Notes: generated from the letters alone by a model not told the origin. A stretch of 32,669 nucleotides of DNA from Bigelowiella natans CCMP2755 (GCA_000320545.1 ADNK01000913.1:1-32669), one strand, 5' to 3'; numbered from the stretch's first letter, positions 12,106-24,068 are shown. Numbers and translations are program-made.

Positions 12106-14483
12106 TTACTCGTAGGTTTCAAGTGGAGGTGGTGGAGGAAAATCTGCATCATCGACAGTTGTATGATCATCGATAGTGCTGATCGGCTTAATCTGGTAAA
12201 GAAGGTAATTATGGTCAAACTTCGAAATGCTAGAGTATTTATAGAGCTACCTCTTTGGATAAAAAGTGAAACCAGTAAGAATATTTTGCTCCATCGACAC
12301 GGTATTTTACCTGTATTAATTTATCACATATATTCAAATTGCTTTATATGTTGGCCACCTTCAAGTGAGAAGATTTAGCTTTAACAATTGTTCCTTGCAC
12401 CCATCGTCTGGAATCAATAGCAAACATATGCGTATTATCTGTCTGCACTCAATTTATTCTTAAAAACTGATAGGAAAATGATACCTAGGCTTCGGAAGAA
12501 CAACACAAATTGAAACCATATCTTTAACCTTCATTCCGGTGCTAAGTATAAACTATATTTGGTTGTACTATTATAACCCCAAAAATGACTCTACTTCGTC
12601 CCAGGAGTAACGCTGTTTGTGAACTTTCCGTCAGGAGCAAATCGATAAGAATCTTTCTCAATATCTAGCCATTCGTCCCATGCCGAGTTCCAATTGAGAT
12701 AATGAATACAAACCTAAACCAGTCCTTAGGATTTATCAACCGACACCAAAATATGAGATTCTTCGAATTTTGTTACTCTTCTTTCACGCCGATTTACGAC
12801 CGAAGCCTTCAGCCACCATCCAACTGTGTCTCTACAATCCAAACGAGAGCCCTACCGCCGAGAATGTGCAACACATGAATCTTATTGTAGAAAATTTGTG
12901 GTCTTATATGTGTAGTTTATACTTTCTCCAATTTCACGTTCGTCGAGAAATCTATGTTTGAGGGATTATCCACATCCTCAATTGTGAACTCGCTTGTTAC
13001 CGAAGGATCCGTGAAGTTTGCAGTCAAATTGGTAATCGTTTTTCCATCGCTAGATATAGTTTTAGCATCACCCTTCTAAATAGATAATTGCATGGTCATA
13101 TGAAACAAAGTCAAGACACTAATCATCGGTACCTCTGAATCTTCTTCCAAAACTTGCATACGCCTCGAAAGTGTCGTTAGGACCTCGAAATATTATATTA
13201 CATTGTAAAATGAGAATAATCTTAAACCTATCTTGATATTTATACCATTTGAGATTTTGCTTCCATGAGGCTCCTCATTTCATTCAAATTCTGTTGATGT
13301 GGATGAGATAGAAATGAAAGGTACGAATGCGCACACTAAATATGCGATCAAAAACCTTCCCCATGTGAAGCTTAAGTTCTTTTATAGATCTTTTGAGTAT
13401 TGAAACCTTATGAAGTGATGAATTTTAAATTTCGCTATTTCTGTGTCCTGCTTGAAATAAATTTGCAACCTCGTTTTGAAGCATCAGGTTTCTTTCCATT
13501 AATAGTTCTACGATAGACTGTGTCCTGGTTTCACTCTCAGCTGGATGATTGCTTATACCCCCTTGAATATTCACGAAATTTTCAATCGAAGAAGCTTCAC
13601 GTTTCCCAACAAAACTAATATGAATAAGCCTTTAGTCCGATGATAGTTGCTCATATTGTAAATTTACCTATGTGAGCGTGGATTCTTTGAGGTCGATGGA
13701 GAGAAATGTACGCCTATATTTAGCCAAATTTAATATGTATTTTTAAAATTTAACAACTTTCAAGGCAAAAAATTTCGAGGTCCTAATACGTACGCATACG
13801 TCCTCGTTGTGAGAATCTATTAACGTTCACTTCAGAATAATTCCTCCTTTTTCTCTCAGAGAGTGCTCCTATTGATAGCATCAGAATTCAGTCAAGTGGT
13901 TATAATACAAGTTTTTGTGTCATTACTAGAAGGATCTGGGGTCAAACTGCGATTCCGTTTTTGATCGGACAATAATTGACTGCTCTCGATTTTAGTTGTG
14001 TTACTGTTTTCTCTAATTGACATCAAAATCCTTTGAAGCTTTCTCACTCTACCAACCTGCATGTATGTGAACACATCGTGATGTCTGCAGGTGATATTTC
14101 TGCAACATGATGCATCTGCATGAGTAGCATCATGCGAGTATGTGTAGTCAAAGTGCAATTGATGTGCTGTATCATTTCTACATTAGTTTCGCAAAGAAAC
14201 TGTAGTATCAAACCTTTTTCAGCATGTCTTTTAGCTCAGATTCGCTAAGGCTCATAAGAGTTTCTCCATCGAGTTCCTCATCAGAAATTACACGAATGAC
14301 GTCGTCGTGGAGGCCGAACTTGTGTTGTACGCCCTTTATGTAGCTGACCACTTGGTCCTCGTTAAACTTGATGAAATTCTGCAATGTCACCTTGGCTGAG
14401 ACGATGGATTGCGTCATGGAGATGGCTGGATTTGTCGCACACAAGCCACTGTTATGTGGATTCTGCTTTGGTGCGTCCCCCAT
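12106..14483 (-). CDS. SAM-domain + coiled-coil + Tudor-knot/MBT-like (plus a second Tudor-like) protein; about 15 exons
   Basis: Exon 1 (14483-14214) plus exon 2 give a SAM-like segment: FNEDQVVSYI...ISDEELDGETLMSLSESELKDMLKKVGRVRKL. Downstream short exons splice in phase to LEKGSRLDCRDTVGWWLKASV...VCIHYLNWNSAWDEWLDIEKDSYRFAP (chromo-barrel/Tudor-knot signature), then WVQGTIVKAKSSHLKVKYRVDGAKYSYWFH, ending PPPPPLETYE* at 12106. Confidence 0.82.
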
Positions 14484-14833
14484 CTCGAAGATAGTGCTAC
14501 AGTGCTACACCTCATGAAAACCAGGCAATTTTCCCTCAGATCCATCCCAAAATAGCCTAAATGTTTGAAAAATGCATGGGATTTTTGGTTCCATAGAATT
14601 GGTCAACCTAATCTATCGCAAGATGAACTTCTCTCGTAGTAGCGCCCTTTCCTTAAAATATCGGGCAGAATGGTCTGCATTTCTCTTGTGCGGCGTACTC
14701 ATTTATGCGTCGTAGGTAGTAGCAAGAAGATGAAGCATGTATGAACGCCCTGCGTTTCGTTTGGAACTGGTCATGAATGGCTTGTCGCACGGCATGATGA
14801 TGCTGCGAGGAAAAGTGTCACAAAGTTCAACAA
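14484..14833. promoter_or_regulatory. Putative bidirectional promoter
   Basis: Only 350 bp separate the divergent ATGs of the SAM/Tudor gene (14483, -) and the CLU-LRR gene (14834, +). Positional inference only; no motif identified. Confidence 0.45.
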
Positions 14834-17800
14834 ATGGACTCATGCGCATCAGAAGCCCATGCTCCCGTTTCGAATTCTGAAAGTGACAAACAGAGCAAGT
14901 CCGAATTACACCCTGAGCCTTCAGATTCTAAGGACCAAAATTTAAATCTCTATGTGTACAATTCGTGGCCAGAATTGAGAAAATCCTCATCACCAAAAGC
15001 ATCTACTGATGCCGATGCTGACGATTTCGGCGAATTTCATGTTGAATCAAAATTGGAAGAAAAGATTCCTGAAACTAGCTGTGATACAAGTGCCTGTAAA
15101 TCCTACATGTATACGATGTACAAAATGAAAGAGTATGAATCAGTTCTTCCACCGAGATTTCGTCGAGTGTATTCGAAATATCAGCCTGAGCCCTCTTATA
15201 AGAGTAATGGTGACTCGGAGGGTAACAGTTCCCAACAAACATCAAAGGATTCTATTTCAAGTGAATCTAATAAGAAAATATCCAAAGTATCTACGTTTTG
15301 GGACGATTCTTCAAATGCTAAGGAGTTTCAGAAACTACTGGAAATCAGAGACTCCGAGAGAAGAGATCGACTGTTGGTTGAATTGCAAACCAAAATGGAC
15401 AGCGTAATCCAAATAAATCGTTTTTGAAAATATTACGGTTCGACATTCGTTAAACTTCAGGTGATTCAGAAGCATGCGAAAGAAATAATTGATGAAAACT
15501 TCGACACATGGAGGGGTAAATTTGAAAAGACATGGCGCATCATCTCATAATTGGGCATTTTATATGTGTATGCACATATATTTAGAAGGAGTAAGGCAAG
15601 GGCCCTTACAACAATCAAGTTTATCTAACCGCAAGTACCCACCAATCAACATCGGTGGTGTTGCTGGAGGAACAAAGTGTAAGTACTTCCTAGAATTGCA
15701 ATTAATGTTTACGTACGGATGAGTTGTTTTGATATGATGTTTGCAGTTATCGTCCAGGGAATTCTATTCAAGCTAGCCACAGATCCAATGCTTGGGAGCT
15801 CCTATCTCTATGGTCGGAAGAAACGAAGTCTCGACAGAGCTGCCAAATCTATGTCCCAAGAATTGCATGGAGCCAACGCATACAACACGGTAAGTTCCTT
15901 CAAATTAGAATACATTCTGTAATTTAATATTTAAAATGTATAATTTTAGTTTTTCCTCAAAAATGGAATACCAATTCAAGTGCCATTTCAAACAATTGTG
16001 GATTACCGCGGCTTTCGTAAGCAAACCTTTTCTTCATCATCTCAAAGTCATTTGTTTACATGGAAGCATGTGTAGGTATGGCCGCAATGCCAGTTTTCCC
16101 GCTAAAAAACAGTAAGATTATTTATGGCTCAAACGATGCAGGAAACACTGTCCACAATTGCGACGAAAAATTTTACGGGTGGTTAAAACTAGCGGCCCAA
16201 CAAATGCACCTTGCAAAGCACAACTGTTGGGGAACGGAATTAGTTACAGCTGGAGACGTTGAAGGGCACAAAGTTGGGGAGGGCGAAGATGCAAGCTATT
16301 GTGTGAATATTGAAATTTTCTTTTACAGATTCCTTGGAATTTAAATACGATTCATTTTTGCAGATTTGTTGGACTTTGCTCGCTGGGCACCCGCGGAAGA
16401 CCCACAGGTTACCGATCACCTTCGCGCTGAAAATTGTAGCATCTTCTACAGAATGTTACGTCCAGAATTCATGCAGCGAACCTTGAAAAAACATAATAGA
16501 GATGTAGAGAAGGATCAATTGATACCTCCTCTTAGCTCCGATACATTTTCCGGTTGGGGTTCAAAACAAAGCCGAGAGCACTCAGTGAATCTCAAGAATG
16601 CCACAAAATTACTGTGCAGTAAGGTTGTTAATGAAGTGACAGAGGAACTTAAATTGGAAATAAAACAGGCCTGGAGTATTAACGTTGTACCTCAAACGTT
16701 TGAGGATAGGATCAACGTTAACGCAATTTTGCATGAATATGGACTCCCTCTTCGTCATCTAGTTCTCTTACTAAGAAATAAATCAATCAAAAATACTGTT
16801 TTTTTCACGAAGATTCTTTCTGAAATTCTTTCCCGGTGTATCAAGCATCTCATAAAGAAATTATTGCGTCGTTTTGACGAGAAGGATGCAAGCGTCCAAC
16901 TTCGTCTACTATTCATGCGACTTTGTCGTAATAGAATGGACCATGAAAATACTGACTTGTGGAAAGCGATTTCGAATGAAGCAGAGATTTTTTTTGGATG
17001 CTATTATTTCCATCTCACACAAGCTGATGAGGCAGCACTTCTTTCAAATCGCAACCCTGAAAATAAGGCTTTCAATAAAAATTCAACAGTCATAGTTTGG
17101 AACCTTTTGAAGCAAGAAAGAGCGTGTAGAGAAAATTTTACTAAAACCCTCTTAAGAATGCAGTTTACTTCACATTTGAATACTGGTTACACCGTGGATG
17201 CTGGGCATAGACAAGCAATCAAAGAAATACCTAATTTTAAGGAGTCCTTTGAAATCTTCTGGCAAGATTATGAAAAAAACTACGATCCAAGTAAAAACAT
17301 GAAAAGACTCTCTTACGATATTGCTTTAGGAGTATATAAAGCCAATATGCAAGCAACCAGTATGTTTGGACCATCAGAAAAGATTTCACTTTCTAAGCAT
17401 CGTCTTTGGCAAGTTTTGCTGGCAAGATTCGCGAATCCTCCTAGATTCGACGTTGCACAATTGTTTCCTGCTTATAAGACTGTTAACTGGTTGAGCCAAA
17501 AAGATAACGAGTTTGGTGTATTTGATCATCACCCACCAGCCCGTATACTTCGTACGCACACTGAATACATAGTTTCAAGTGCTCTTCAGTCGTGTGGAAT
17601 TCTTGGGGCAGAAAGAATGTTGTGGGACATGAATCAGTGGTCGGTAAATGAGAGATCGTCAGTGCAATGGTCTGGAACAACAAGAGACTATGATTTCTTC
17701 TTGACTATCAGAATAAAGCACATGCATCTGATTGATTCCTCGAAGTTGAAATTAAACGCAAATAAACTCTGTCATATGCTTCGATCTCCACAGAATATGA

Positions 17801-20467
17801 AGAATAAGAATGAGTTGGCAAAACCTATCGAACAAAAATCCTCGGATGAAAAGTCTCTTTTCAAGACCAAAATATTAGATATGAAAGATATCAAAGAATC
17901 AAGTGACAACTACGAACACGATGATGACGATAATGTCCTACTCATTGGAAACATAAAAACCTATCATGAAGCCACTTGTTCGTGCAATAGACACCACAGA
18001 ACTCACATGGGATTTTCCCCTACGAGAATCTTATATGAAACAGAGGAAGGCGCGATGACTTCTGGTGGACTTTCAGGATGTTGCCAAGGGCCCCTACATC
18101 TTCACACAGACTATGGTGAAGTTGCAACTATAACTGGTATCCGAAATGAAAGCATCATTTCGTTCGACCTCTACTTCAGCGTTGACAACGAACAATGGTC
18201 GAAAGCAATGTCCATAAAGGATCCCAGAAGGTTTGCAAATGCTACATTCCATAAACCAATTCGAGCACGATATGTGCGAATGGAATGGAGAGATACAAGG
18301 TGTGGAGGAGCAAAAGGATTTCGATGCCAACTAGTTGGGAAGAAGCTAAAGAAGACTAAAGAATTCGAGAAAGGAAAATGGCAATTTCTTTATGGGCATA
18401 TGAAAATTCTCAACCCTCCTAGTTGTGGTTGTGAGATTAGGACTTTTCCTATTGGATATGGAAAGCATCCCACAAATCTATGCTTTGAAACTCCAGAGGG
18501 TTGATATGCAACCAAAATAATTTAACGAAAATTATAACGTAGATGATTATTGTATAAACTCTGAATATCAAGTATAATTTTCAGGTCCTCAAACATTGGA
18601 AGGCATCATTGGCTGCTGCCACAAAGAATTACATGTCTGGACTGATTACGGCGAAATTGTAGATGTTGCGGGATATAGACTCGATAATTGCGTCGCACCT
18701 TTCAAGATTTACTTCAGCGTAGACAACTTGAAGTGGAAAGAATTGGCAGTCAATCCAAAATTGAATGATTCCGTTATGCTACCATTGCCAATGAAAGCTC
18801 GGTATGTGCGAATGCATTGGGCTCATACGAGTGGATCAGATGGAATAAGATGTCAAATGTTTGGTCGAAGTTCTTATTCAGCAATCAGCGAAGCTGTATC
18901 GCAGAGGTTTATGAGTACAGTGCCAATGATTCGGGAAACGATGGCCTCGATTTTAGCACTCGTTAAGTCAGGAGGTGCTACAATGAAAGAGTATGGACCC
19001 TTTCTGAAAGCGTACTTAAGTTTTTTGACTTATGCAACAGTGCCCCCTAATCAACTAAGTAGAGTAAGAGTGAATTTACTCCCAGTGTTAGCTTTGGGTG
19101 AACACAAATCTCAAGAGAGTGCCAATATCGAAAATAAAATCGACCTTTCACCTATCGAGTGCCTTTATCAATCTACGAAAGCTATGTTCAAAGTACTAAC
19201 TGAAAATGCAAAGCTCGTGTCTTTGTTTTACGCGAACATGGGTATCAATTCTTTACCTCCGGGAATACGGTGTTTTCAAACATTGGAGGTCATGCATCTT
19301 CGTGGAAATAATATGAAAGAGTTGCCAGATGAAATCGGATACCTAACGAATCTCACACTGTTAGATTTACGTGAGAATGATCTGAAATTATTACCAGATT
19401 CCATTGAAAAGTTGCAAAATCTTATGTTTCTCTCGATTGAAGGCAACAACCTTTCAGTACTACCAAAAAATATAGGGAAACTTTGCGAGCTTGAAACGTT
19501 CCATTGCAGTAGGAATAACCTTCGAAGCCTTCCACCGTCATTTGGAGATTTAAAAAAACTTCGGATATTCTTAATCACAGACAATCGTTTGGAGTCATTT
19601 CCTACCACATTTGCTAGGCTGGCGAACACCCTCCATAGATTGGATGCGAAGCATAACGAAATTTCAGATTTGGAGCCTGTTACAAATCTCCACAAACTTA
19701 TATATCTGAATCTGAGAAATAATCATCTGGTTACTCTTCCTAATTCTATGTCAAATCTGGTCTCAGTCAAGCGCTTGAATTTATCAAGGAACCGAATTGC
19801 GACCCTTCCAGAATCCTTTGTCTTAAAATCAGCATTGCTTTTAGATCTAAGCGGAAATTTACTTCGATCTCTTCCTTCGAATTTTGGGAAAGGATTTCCC
19901 AAAATAGACGACTTGAAATTATCGCACAACCAGCTTGAAAGCCTCCCAGACTCGTTCATGCATCTGACTCCCTACAACTTTTACTTAGATCATAATAATA
20001 TGGAGACTCTTCCACACAACTTCGGAGCTGTAGGTGGACGTCCGATGAGATTATTCTTTTCTCACAATAAGTTGCGAAGTCTTCCGGATTCTATGGGTTT
20101 CGATTGGAATATTGAAACAGCTCGGATGCATCGGATACATGTGTGTGACTTCTCGCATAATCGGCTCACGAGCCTTCCTAGAGCCCTAACTCAAATCCCC
20201 TTCCTTCATGAAGTCCATCTCAACAACAATCTTCTTGAAGATATAAGTCTGTTGGCCACCTTTCATCTAACTCATAAATACTACCTGCACACCGCAACTT
20301 TTTCTGATAATAGATTCCATGAATCGAAGCTAAGCATCAAACATATGTATCAAAAAGTCCGTCCTGGAATTGTAGAAGGTTCTACAAATGGAAGGCATTA
20401 CATGCTTACAGAAGGCGAACCAATGCCTAACGAGGGTTCAAGCCCTCGATCAACAAATCGGAAATGA
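14834..20467 (+). CDS. CLU (clustered mitochondria) domain protein with two discoidin/F5/8-like domains and C-terminal leucine-rich repeats; 8 exons
   Basis: Exons 14834-15403, 15461-15515, 15586-15678, 15747-15889, 15950-16016, 16076-16300, 16364-18499, 18585-20467. CLU motifs: EFQKLLE, GGVAGGTKFIVQGILFKLA, IVDYRGFR, IYGSNDAG, DVEGH, YYLLDFAR, FYRMLRPEF, PLSSD, LHEYGLPLRHL. Two YFSVDN..W...P.(R/K)ARYVRM.W repeats follow, then more than 10 LxxLxLxxNxLxxLP repeats. Confidence 0.92.
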
Positions 20468-22091
20468 AATTAAAGAGTTCGTCTTGCAAGAGAACTACTG
20501 GCACATTCTACGGGATTGATATTACTGAGGATTACGCAGTATATTTTGGGCAAACTCAGCCAATATACTGGTAAGAAGCTGTCTTCTGAGAATACTCACC
20601 AATTTCTGATATCAAATACGTTCTATAGGCTAAATGACTATTGTTTTCGTGTTTCATGGGATCTCTCAGAGGGGATGGGTAATGGCGAATCGGTGAAAGA
20701 GAGACGTATAACATCGTCAGAGGAGGTACTTGCAGTACCGATGATGAAAATAAAGGCTTACTTAGAATGTGATAGGTATGGATTTATGACGTAAAAGAGG
20801 ACGCATATAGACAAGTGGTAATATATAGTCCACTACGTTATCTATGCTGTCAACTTGTAATAACATGCTACGAATAGGGACCGTGGGATGAAGCTCGAAG
20901 TCACGCTATGATAACAAACTTTTTGAAGCCATGGTGTTTAAGGCGTCGGGTGCATGATCGAGGTTCTCTCATACGGATTCAAACATGCATGTAGTTTACA
21001 GTCCTTCTCAGTTTCTGTTCATTTCATTTCAGGCGAAACTAAAGAAAAAAAAAGTGTAGCAAAGCCACGCACGGGATCTTTTGGTTATTACATCATCTCA
21101 GAAGAATCAATGGTTTGGAGGGATACTAATGGGGACATGCACACAAGGTATAGCTCTTACTGGTCTGTAGCTATCATTTGTGTAATGTAAAAAAACTTTT
21201 TAATTTTGTGGGAAACAGAAATATCGAATGGTTTAATCCTTGCTCAGCACGGGTCAAAGATAATTCTAAATTCTTGGTCTTGGATGAAAATCTTGCTGAG
21301 CCAATCTATGAAGAGCTTTGAACTTAAGATTCACATCTCAGAAAGATCGTCATGCTTACAAACATTTGTTAAAATGTGATGTATTACGACTTCTAGACTT
21401 GTGCGTGCCACACTAGCACATTGACATTCGCATGTATCAAGACGCATCACACGCAACGATGTTGCCCGCAATTTGCTGCACAGTGATGAGCACGCATCGC
21501 GTGGAACTGCCTGTATGTCTTTTGTTGTTGAATGGAATGAAGGCATCCATTTCAACATGACAACATGACTCCTGCAATTCCGCAATTGGAATCTGGGCAA
21601 TCCAGCAATTTGGTGATGCACGCACCGCGCATGCACATCTGGACATCTGGATGCATGTCACCGTTTCCTGACACAGCTTGTGTTCAGGTTCACTTCACAA
21701 TGCTAGAATGATGACAATGGACACAGTTAGACAGCTCTAGAGCTAGACAGCAATGTTGCACGATGCACAAATTGTGCTTTTTTTCCCAAGCGCAGCGTGC
21801 ACACTGCCAACTGCCAGACTGACACACACCTGGCTAGCTGGCCGTGCATCGTGGCAGCTGGCGCCTGTGAACCGCCACAAAAACGTGCGCATGTTGATTG
21901 ATCACGTTCATTGTTCATTGTTCATTGTTCTTTGTTCGTTGTTCACTTCGTGCACTCCGCCTGCGACACTTGGACACGCGACCAGTCTTTCATCTTGGCT
22001 GAGTTGAGAACAAACGATGCAACACAACACGCTAGCACGAGAGTGCTTGCGTCCGACGGACGTGACTTTTGCAGTTTGAACTCTGCAACCG

Positions 22092-22371
22092 CAATGAAAA
22101 TTGAACATTGAACTTTCCTTTGATGCAAAAATCATGTGCGCAAGAGCCACGTGGGGAACAAGCACTTGCACGCAGTGGCGACAGCCTGCAACCAACAATC
22201 GTTGCGGTGTGACTTCTGAACAATGAACAATGAACATTGAACATTGAAGAAAGCATTGATCAAACCAATGTGCGCCAGAGCCACATGGGAGACAGGCGTG
22301 TGCATGTAGCAGCGCCTCAACACAAATCATTGCGAGGGCTGAACAATGAAACTTGTCTGCACCCTGTCGGT
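22092..22371. repeat. Dispersed repeat, copies 2 and 3 in tandem (approx. 125-150 bp unit)
   Basis: 22221-22371 matches 4301-4431. 22092-22208 is a more diverged tandem copy (caatgaaaattgaacattgaa...tgtgcgcaagagccacgtggggaacaagcacttgcacgcag...gcctgcaac...atcgttgc). Confidence 0.85.
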
Positions 22372-22643
22372 CCACAGAGTCGGGAACTCACTTCAACGTT
22401 CAGGTGGGAAATCCTGGTTCATCACCCAACTTAAGAAACCTTTCTGGGCAGAAAACAATGGTTATTTTACCTGAATTGCCATGAACAGAAGGCAATTTCG
22501 CTTGAAAGAAAAATACGACGACATCTCAAAAAAATTGTGTTTGTACATCGACAAAATATCCTATGAATTGAGACCCAGAATTCATCCGCCTGGCCCATGC
22601 TTGTAGAGGGGATGGGCACCCCCTCGGAACCCTCGTTATTGCC

Positions 22644-23111
22644 ATGAGGGTTCTGCACAGGACAAGGCGAGTTCGTCCCTTGTCGGAAACTCCTTTAAAA
22701 AGATTTCTAGCCTTGGCGTTTTTGGTGACAGTCTTATCTTCGTTGTCTTTATTCGTCGCTGGTATGCTAACACACACCAATTGCTAGCCAATGGGAGAAA
22801 GAAACCTTTGCTGATTCACCATGATCTTAAACTTCGATGGTCAGTGCCTCGTTGGCTGGGATCCTCGAGTGGGATTGCAAATTGGCACACAAACCAGGAA
22901 AAAATCCGGGCACAGGTGAGCAGATGGCTTGCAAATTGAATGAGTTCCCTTCTGAAGCAGCTCTTTGTCGTAATACCCAGGAAGCCATCAACAAAGTGAA
23001 CAAGGAGCTGACATACAGCTTGCCCCCTGAGAAACGACATGAATACAATTCTGGAGTCGCGGCCATGGAAATGGCTGCAAACTCCTTCTCCCAGCAGATG
23101 TGTGTGTTGTG

Positions 23112-23157
<46 letters not shown>

Positions 23158-24036
23158 TGTGTGTGGGCGCATAATTTTACTTTTCGTATTCCGAAAGGAT
23201 ATAGTTGTGCTTCTGTTTCAATTTTGATCGTTAACGTTTTCTGAAATTATTCATTTCTTTTTCTTCTCTTTCTTCTTCTTCTTCTTCTTCATCATCCTCC
23301 CCCCTCTCCGGTCTTCTCTACTCGCTGGAACTTAGATCTACCGTGAGAATGGACCCAGGTGTGCATAGCAGCCTATCGTGTGATATGTATCGTTTGCTCT
23401 TCTCTCCCTATCGACACATCGGGGGGCAGTCTTTTGTTAAAGGGAGGGGGGGTTAGCCTATGGGGGGGGGGTGTACCCGATAATGCCAGATATATTCTAT
23501 TTGTTTGCCTACTAATCACGCAACGAACGAATTAGATCACCGAATTCCCATCATCCACCCCCTTTAGAAACGCTAAAGCGGGCTGCCAACGCGGCCGACA
23601 GAATCAACCAGCAGTTGCAAATGCGCGGCGTGTAATTCAACAACATCATCCACAGCCATCACTCACAAACGCCACAGCAGCGAGCAGGATTCGAGATAGC
23701 GTGCCATATAGAAAAGGGGGAAGGGGGCGGGGGGGCGGAGGGGCGGAGCAATCTGTACTCTTTCCGACGTGGTTTGAACCGACTCATATACAAAGCTGTG
23801 TAGTAGTACCTTCGTGGATGAAAAGACTCTCTGTATCCCTATCTTCTCCTATATATCTTAGGACTGGTGCTGGCGTGCCCATGCCGTTCATGCAGCACAG
23901 CCATGAGATCGATATCAACGATGTGCCGTGGGAGCGGCGGACACATCTGACCATGACGGCAACACACATGAGAATGTATGTATGGGCGCACTACTAGCAG
24001 GAGGAGGAGAAATAACAAGATAGAATACCCCGCAAT

Positions 24037-24068
<32 letters not shown>

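Noticed and set aside
22092-22350. CRISPR-like or telomeric array from the (caatgaa) repeats
   Set aside because: The context is eukaryotic, the intervening segments are homologous rather than unique spacers, and the heptamer runs are short and internal.
21391-22430. CpG methylation decay or classical RIP as the cause of the CA/TG excess
   Set aside because: CpG remains common in the tract and TpA is the depleted dinucleotide; RIP would increase TpA.
21331-22434. Overlapping His/Cys/Met-rich ORFs (also 3798-4621 and 11618-11930)
   Set aside because: They are explained by loss of TAA/TAG stops in TpA-poor DNA and show no recognisable motifs.
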